A DNA stretch of 64,000 nucleotides, taken from an uncultured Verrucomicrobiae bacterium. GTDB taxonomy: Bacteria; Verrucomicrobiota; Verrucomicrobiia; Palsa-1439. Every line of letters begins with the position of its first letter. Within the stretch, counting starts at the first letter, position 1. A program made the position numbers and the translations under genes. The notes under the pieces are model-generated. The model ran no database searches and was not told where the DNA came from. It was given only the letters and a program-made list of their open reading frames with translations. Positions 59,572 through 64,000 of the stretch are shown here, piece after piece. The stretch is from positions 1 through 64,000 of the forward strand of contig CAWEWF010000003.1 of the NCBI GenBank assembly GCA_963812605.1, written 5' to 3'.

Positions 59572-62025
59572 TTACGGTAGGTGATTTCCCGTATTATTAC
59601 CCCAAAAATTTCCTAGTTCCGTTGCCAGATTGTAACCGGCTTTGGCACTGGCCATACTTTCAGACCAATCGGGTGGGAAAAGCGTCGAGTACTGCGGCTG
59701 CGCAAAGCGTTGGCACACAAGCACTGCCACGCCCAAATCCGACTCCGAACGGATCAGGCGGCCAACGGATTGGATGACGCGATTCATGCCCGGGTAGAGG
59801 TAGGCAAATTCGAAGCCTTTGCCGTAATGTTCCTCATAGTATTGACGCATCAGTTCCCGCTCGAAACTCACCTGCGGGAGGGCTGGACTGACGATGATCA
59901 CGCCCAAGAGGGTTTCCCCCGGATAATCGACGCCTTCGGCGAACAGTCCGCCTTGAACGGCAAAGATCAGCTTTGGCGGCTGGGGCTCCTTGAGGGATTC
60001 CAAAAGCGCAAGGCGCTGTGGCTCGGACATTTTCGGTTCCTGGACGATCACCTCCCAGAGACCGTTGGGCAGCCGGCTCGCCACGCCGCGCATGAAGTCG
60101 TAACTCGGGAACAGGGCCATGTAGTTTCCGGGCCGGGCGGCGGCAGTGGTCGCGACGATATTGGCGATCTTGCCGTAATGGGCGACCCGCGCCCGATAGG
60201 TGGTCGAAACGGTCGGTACGACAATGATGCGCCGGTTCTCCTTGGGGAAGGGTGAGGGGAAATTCGCCTGGTCGGTCCGCTCAGGATCGAAGCCAAGCAT
60301 TTTTCGGTAGAACTCCATCGGGTCGAGAGTGGCCGACATCGCGATGACGCTGTGGAAACCTTCGAGCCGTTGCGCCAACTGCCGCGAGGGGTCTTTGCAG
60401 ACGATCTTCAGCGCTTCGCCGCCCGTCGTGTCGTAGATGTAGGAGAACTCCTCGCCTTCCATCGCCAGCACGCCGCAGAACTGGCCGAGCGCCGAGAAGA
60501 ATTCGTCCACGGGATCATCGGGGATGACGCGTCCGCTGGTTGTTTTGTCCAACAGGTAGCGCATCGACAGTTTGCTGAACATCGGCTTGAGTTCGTCGAA
60601 AAAACCGCGCGGTGAGGGAATGAGGTATTTGTCCTGGGCGAGTTCGGCGTCGTCGAGTTGGGTGTATTCGTCGGCCTTGGGACGGGTCTGCTGGCGGAAG
60701 AAGTCATCGATTTCGTCGAGGAACTTGCGGAGTTCTTTTGCGAGGGACGGCTCGACGTGGCGCAGGTTGCCGTGCAGGTCGCGGATCTGCTGGCGTGAGA
60801 GAGCGGGGGAATAATATTCCAACGCGCGCTGCACGAGATTGTGCGCTTCGTCGATGATGAGGATGGCGTCCGAGTAATCGGCGTCGAGGAAGAAGCGGCG
60901 GAAGTAGACCTGTGGGTCGAAGACGTAGTTGTAGTCACAGACGATCACATCGGTCAGCTCGGCCTCGATCAGGGCGAGTTCAAAAGGGCACAGGCTTACG
61001 CCGCGACCCGCTTCCATCATGGCTTCGGGAATGATGAGGCGTTGCGCGAGCAGACGGTTCACCACGCCGGTGCCTTCCAGTTTGGCCTGGAAGTCGCGGA
61101 GATGCGGACAGAATTCCTCGCGGCAGGCGTAAACGTCATTGATGCACATGCTCTCGCGTGCGCGAAAGAAGACGGCATTCGGATGGGCCGCGCGGTCTGC
61201 GCCCATGCGCTGGAGAGTTTCGCGGACGATTTGTTGCTGGGTATTCTTGGCGGTGACGAAGAAGACGCGTTTATCGTGGGCGAGCGCGTACTTAACCACG
61301 GGATAGAGCGCCGCGGTGGTTTTGCCCACGCCGGCGGGAGCGGAAACGAGCAGGTGACGGCCTTCATTCAGGGCATGCTCGACCGCCGCCATCATTTCGC
61401 CTTGGTGCGCGCGGGGTTTGTCGTGCGGGAAATGGAGCGAACCGGAATGCGTGCGGCGTTCTTCCTGGCGGCGTTGTTCTTCCTGCGCTCGCGCGATAAG
61501 CGAACGCACGCGGTCGGCGATGAGGCGCTCGCAGTCGTCGAACGGCCCGCGAATTTCGACTTCCTTCGTGGTCCCATCCGCCACATTCACGAAGACCAGG
61601 CGGCCGAGGGCGCTTTTCTGTTCTTGTTCGATGAAGAAACAGTAGAGGCGGAGTTGCTCGACGTAATGCGGATAGGAATTCGCGTCCAGCGCCGCGAACA
61701 CGAGCGGCGGCAGGACGACAGACTTGATTTCCTCGATCACATACGCGCCGCCGTTGTGGGGCGGATGAACGCCGTCGATGCGTCCCGAGATCGTCACGTC
61801 GAACCCATCGACAACGGCCTTGTGGCGGACGGTGATTTCCCGCGCGTACCCTTCGTACAACCCGGCCTGCGTGCGCTGGTGCGTCACATGCGCCTCGCGT
61901 CCCAGCGCCAGCCGCGTCCAGACCCCGAGACCCGCGACGCGATTGCCATTGGAGACCGGCTCCGCGACGATGTCGCCGACGCCGAGGGCGATCTTCTTTT
62001 GGGCCAACTGAATCTTGATGGACAT
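59572..62025 (-). CDS. DinG/XPD-family Fe-S helicase with N-terminal PD-(D/E)xK nuclease domain
   Basis: SGRIDG..IEEIKS, APAGVGKT, four Cys (C..C..C..CPFE), DYNY, DEAHNL, SATL, FAEGVD, QSVGRLIR. Confidence 0.9.
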   Translation of the reverse strand: MSIKIQLAQKKIALGVGDIVAEPVSNGNRVAGLGVWTRLALGREAHVTHQRTQAGLYEGYAREITVRHKAVVDGFDVTISGRIDGVHPPHNGGAYVIEEIKSVVLPPLVFAALDANSYPHYVEQLRLYCFFIEQEQKSALGRLVFVNVADGTTKEVEIRGPFDDCERLIADRVRSLIARAQEEQRRQEERRTHSGSLHFPHDKPRAHQGEMMAAVEHALNEGRHLLVSAPAGVGKTTAALYPVVKYALAHDKRVFFVTAKNTQQQIVRETLQRMGADRAAHPNAVFFRARESMCINDVYACREEFCPHLRDFQAKLEGTGVVNRLLAQRLIIPEAMMEAGRGVSLCPFELALIEAELTDVIVCDYNYVFDPQVYFRRFFLDADYSDAILIIDEAHNLVQRALEYYSPALSRQQIRDLHGNLRHVEPSLAKELRKFLDEIDDFFRQQTRPKADEYTQLDDAELAQDKYLIPSPRGFFDELKPMFSKLSMRYLLDKTTSGRVIPDDPVDEFFSALGQFCGVLAMEGEEFSYIYDTTGGEALKIVCKDPSRQLAQRLEGFHSVIAMSATLDPMEFYRKMLGFDPERTDQANFPSPFPKENRRIIVVPTVSTTYRARVAHYGKIANIVATTAAARPGNYMALFPSYDFMRGVASRLPNGLWEVIVQEPKMSEPQRLALLESLKEPQPPKLIFAVQGGLFAEGVDYPGETLLGVIIVSPALPQVSFERELMRQYYEEHYGKGFEFAYLYPGMNRVIQSVGRLIRSESDLGVAVLVCQRFAQPQYSTLFPPDWSESMASAKAGYNLATELGNFWGNNTGNHLP

Positions 62026-62747
62026 TGCCGTAGGAATACAGTAGTCAGGAGGAGAAGGCAAAAAGGTAGAAAGCCGAAAGCGCAATGGGGAGCGGGCCGA
62101 GGCTGCGTGTAGTATTCCACACGAAAACCCCTGGAATTTTTCTGATGCAAAAAAGCGAAACCAGTGTGAGAGAAGGAGTGGGCCATGTTCATGGAGTTGA
62201 TACATATGAAAGATATGTATCAGGCTCTGGGAACACACACAGAACGCGGCACGATAAATCACGGAGGCACGGAGAACACAGAGATGGTGGACAGCGCTGG
62301 CGACCGACCCCGAAGGGATCCGCCGTCGCCAAGCCTATGGCACGATGAGGGAGTTTGGAATTAGTAGCCAGTAACCGAGTAGCCGAGGGGAGAGAAGGCC
62401 GGAATACAGAGAGCGGAGATGGGGAACCCGTGACGGAGAAGGGCCAGGGGGAAGATTGGGAATTGGAGATTTGATATTGGGGAGGCGGAAGGGGGAATCG
62501 GCGGTCCCTTCGGTCAGACTCAGGGCAGGCGTAGACTGCCGCAAGGAATTATGAAGCTGAAATCTGCGCTTCACAGAAGCGCCGCTACAGCGGGCCAGTT
62601 TGTTCTGGACATCGGATTCCGATAATTGTATGATGCGGGCTAAACAAATGAACACTCAACTTCTAACGTTCAACGCGGAAGTCTCAAGGGGCGGAAATAC
62701 GACGTGCAGCGTCTCGCTTCGCTCGGTTCCGTCCGACTCGGCTCCCC

Positions 62748-64000
62748 TCACCCAAGCCCTAAGCGTTGCTGGTTTTTACACGCTTCTTCAGAAGATGGTA
62801 GGTGCGAGAAGCTTATGTCAATTTCGCCGTCGCCGATGACGATCTTTTCCAGGAGACTTTCAACAATCTTCCGCTTGTCATCCGAAGCCATGGCGGGCCA
62901 ACGGTCGTAGAGGGTGTTGGCTTCATGCAAGATATCGTCGGCGGAGAGCTTATTGACTTTGAGGAAATCAACCTCCGCCTGGAGTCTCGGAAGTTCGGAG
63001 ACAAGCTGGTTCAACCGCTCCTCGGCGGGTTTGTAGAACTGCCCAAAGCCTTGGGCGGTGATCTGGCCTTCGAGATACAACCGATGGGTACGGGTCATTT
63101 CGTCTCGGACTTTCTGCAACTCCCGTTGGTGTGTATCGAGCAAGGCTTGTTTCTCGGCAAGATTTCTGTCCGCTTCCTGCAAATGCCCAGCAATACGCTC
63201 AGGCTGGCCAAAGAACGCCTTCAATTCTTGATGGACGATGGTTTCCAGGTCCACGATCGGGATCTTGTTGTGGCATTTGCGGCAGAAGTACTTGGGATTA
63301 TCAGCACGGACATACATCTTGTGGCCACACGCGCAATGCGCCAGACCGCTGAATAAGTGCACCGGCGGTTTGCCCGGTTTCTTCCATGATTTAAGCTGCT
63401 CTTCGACGATCTGATTGACCTGATTCCACAGGGCTTCGGGAATGATTGACTCGCATTCGACCTTTCCCCATTCACCCTCGGGTTTAGGTTCGGCGCGCCA
63501 CGATCCAGTATGGTGGAAGCGGTTAAAATAGTAGACTCCCTTGGCGCTGGGATCGACAAGGATGCGCAGAACCGAGGTGTCGCGCCAAATTGCACCGTCA
63601 CGGGTGCGATAGCCGGCGGCGTTAAGAACCCTAGCGACATTGCCCTTGCGTCGGTTCGCCAGAAAGAGTTCATACGCTTTGCGACGAATCGCTGCCTCTT
63701 CTGGCTGGACGATCAACTTGCGATCTTTCCATCTATAGCCATACGGGGCACTGCCATTGATGGACTTGCCCATCTTGGCGCGGGTCAGGACGGACGCATT
63801 CACACGTTCGGTAATTTCCTCCCGTTCCCATTGGGCGAACACCCCGAGCAGATGAAAAAACATGCGCCCGGCGGTGCTGGTGTCGATGGCTTCACTCAAA
63901 GAAATGAGATCGGCCTGGTGCTTGTTAAAGAAATCGGCAAAGTCTTCCAGTTCGCGACGGTTGCGGGACAGACGGGCCAATTTGGAAAAAACCAACCCAG
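62748..64000 (-). CDS. Large serine recombinase (5' end beyond window)
   Basis: SKLARLSRN, DTSTAGR, AQWEREEI.ER, APYGY, recombinase domain, CACG..CRKC zinc ribbon, coiled coil. Confidence 0.92.
   Translation of the reverse strand, partial: GLVFSKLARLSRNRRELEDFADFFNKHQADLISLSEAIDTSTAGRMFFHLLGVFAQWEREEITERVNASVLTRAKMGKSINGSAPYGYRWKDRKLIVQPEEAAIRRKAYELFLANRRKGNVARVLNAAGYRTRDGAIWRDTSVLRILVDPSAKGVYYFNRFHHTGSWRAEPKPEGEWGKVECESIIPEALWNQVNQIVEEQLKSWKKPGKPPVHLFSGLAHCACGHKMYVRADNPKYFCRKCHNKIPIVDLETIVHQELKAFFGQPERIAGHLQEADRNLAEKQALLDTHQRELQKVRDEMTRTHRLYLEGQITAQGFGQFYKPAEERLNQLVSELPRLQAEVDFLKVNKLSADDILHEANTLYDRWPAMASDDKRKIVESLLEKIVIGDGEIDISFSHLPSSEEACKNQQRLGLG

Noticed and set aside
59572-62025. Type IV CRISPR CasDinG or a Cas4 adaptation module
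   Set aside because: No csf or cas genes and no array in the window; nuclease-DinG fusions also occur as stand-alone repair genes

Overview
A GC-rich bacterial chromosome segment, most likely Verrucomicrobiota. This is inferred from a PEP-CTERM protein, a C-terminal '...FYRV' domain and a UBact operon, and was not checked against a database. From left to right: (1) 1-12.6 kb, the right part of an integrative mobilizable element (tyrosine integrase, MOBF/TrwC relaxase-helicase, HicAB, and cargo of NHL beta-propeller and zinc-ribbon membrane proteins) lying on the 5' side of tRNA-Tyr(GTA); (2) a FIST protein and an atypical receiver; (3) a complete UBact/Pup-like proteasome operon (mpa-dop-ubact-prcB-prcA-pafA); (4) rplM-rpsI, then a 3.2 kb islet bounded by an exact 18-bp direct repeat; (5) argC-J-B-D-F with inserted genes; (6) a metal-handling locus (CDF, Cys-rich Pro-tailed leader ORF, CACGC beta-barrel, HupE/UreJ); (7) hpnD coupled to a PhnD-like binding protein, a TPR/TatT-like lipoprotein and a GspG-like protein; (8) lipoate ligase and aceE-aceF-lpdA; (9) an IS1595-family element with passenger genes, inserted in a PIN toxin-antitoxin remnant; (10) hopanoid genes hpnO-hpnN and hpnG-hpnH-shc; (11) a nuclease-DinG helicase and a large serine recombinase cut off by the window edge. 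The best candidates for new biology are a BstB/BstC-like periplasmic and outer-membrane shuttle linked to hopanoid synthesis, a UBact proteasome whose HbYX-like tail sits on the ligase rather than the ATPase, a candidate metal-sensing arrest peptide, and swapped C-terminal sorting domains on tandem paralogs. Many genes carry single frameshifts, probably assembly indels, so claims that rest on exact gene termini need read-level confirmation.
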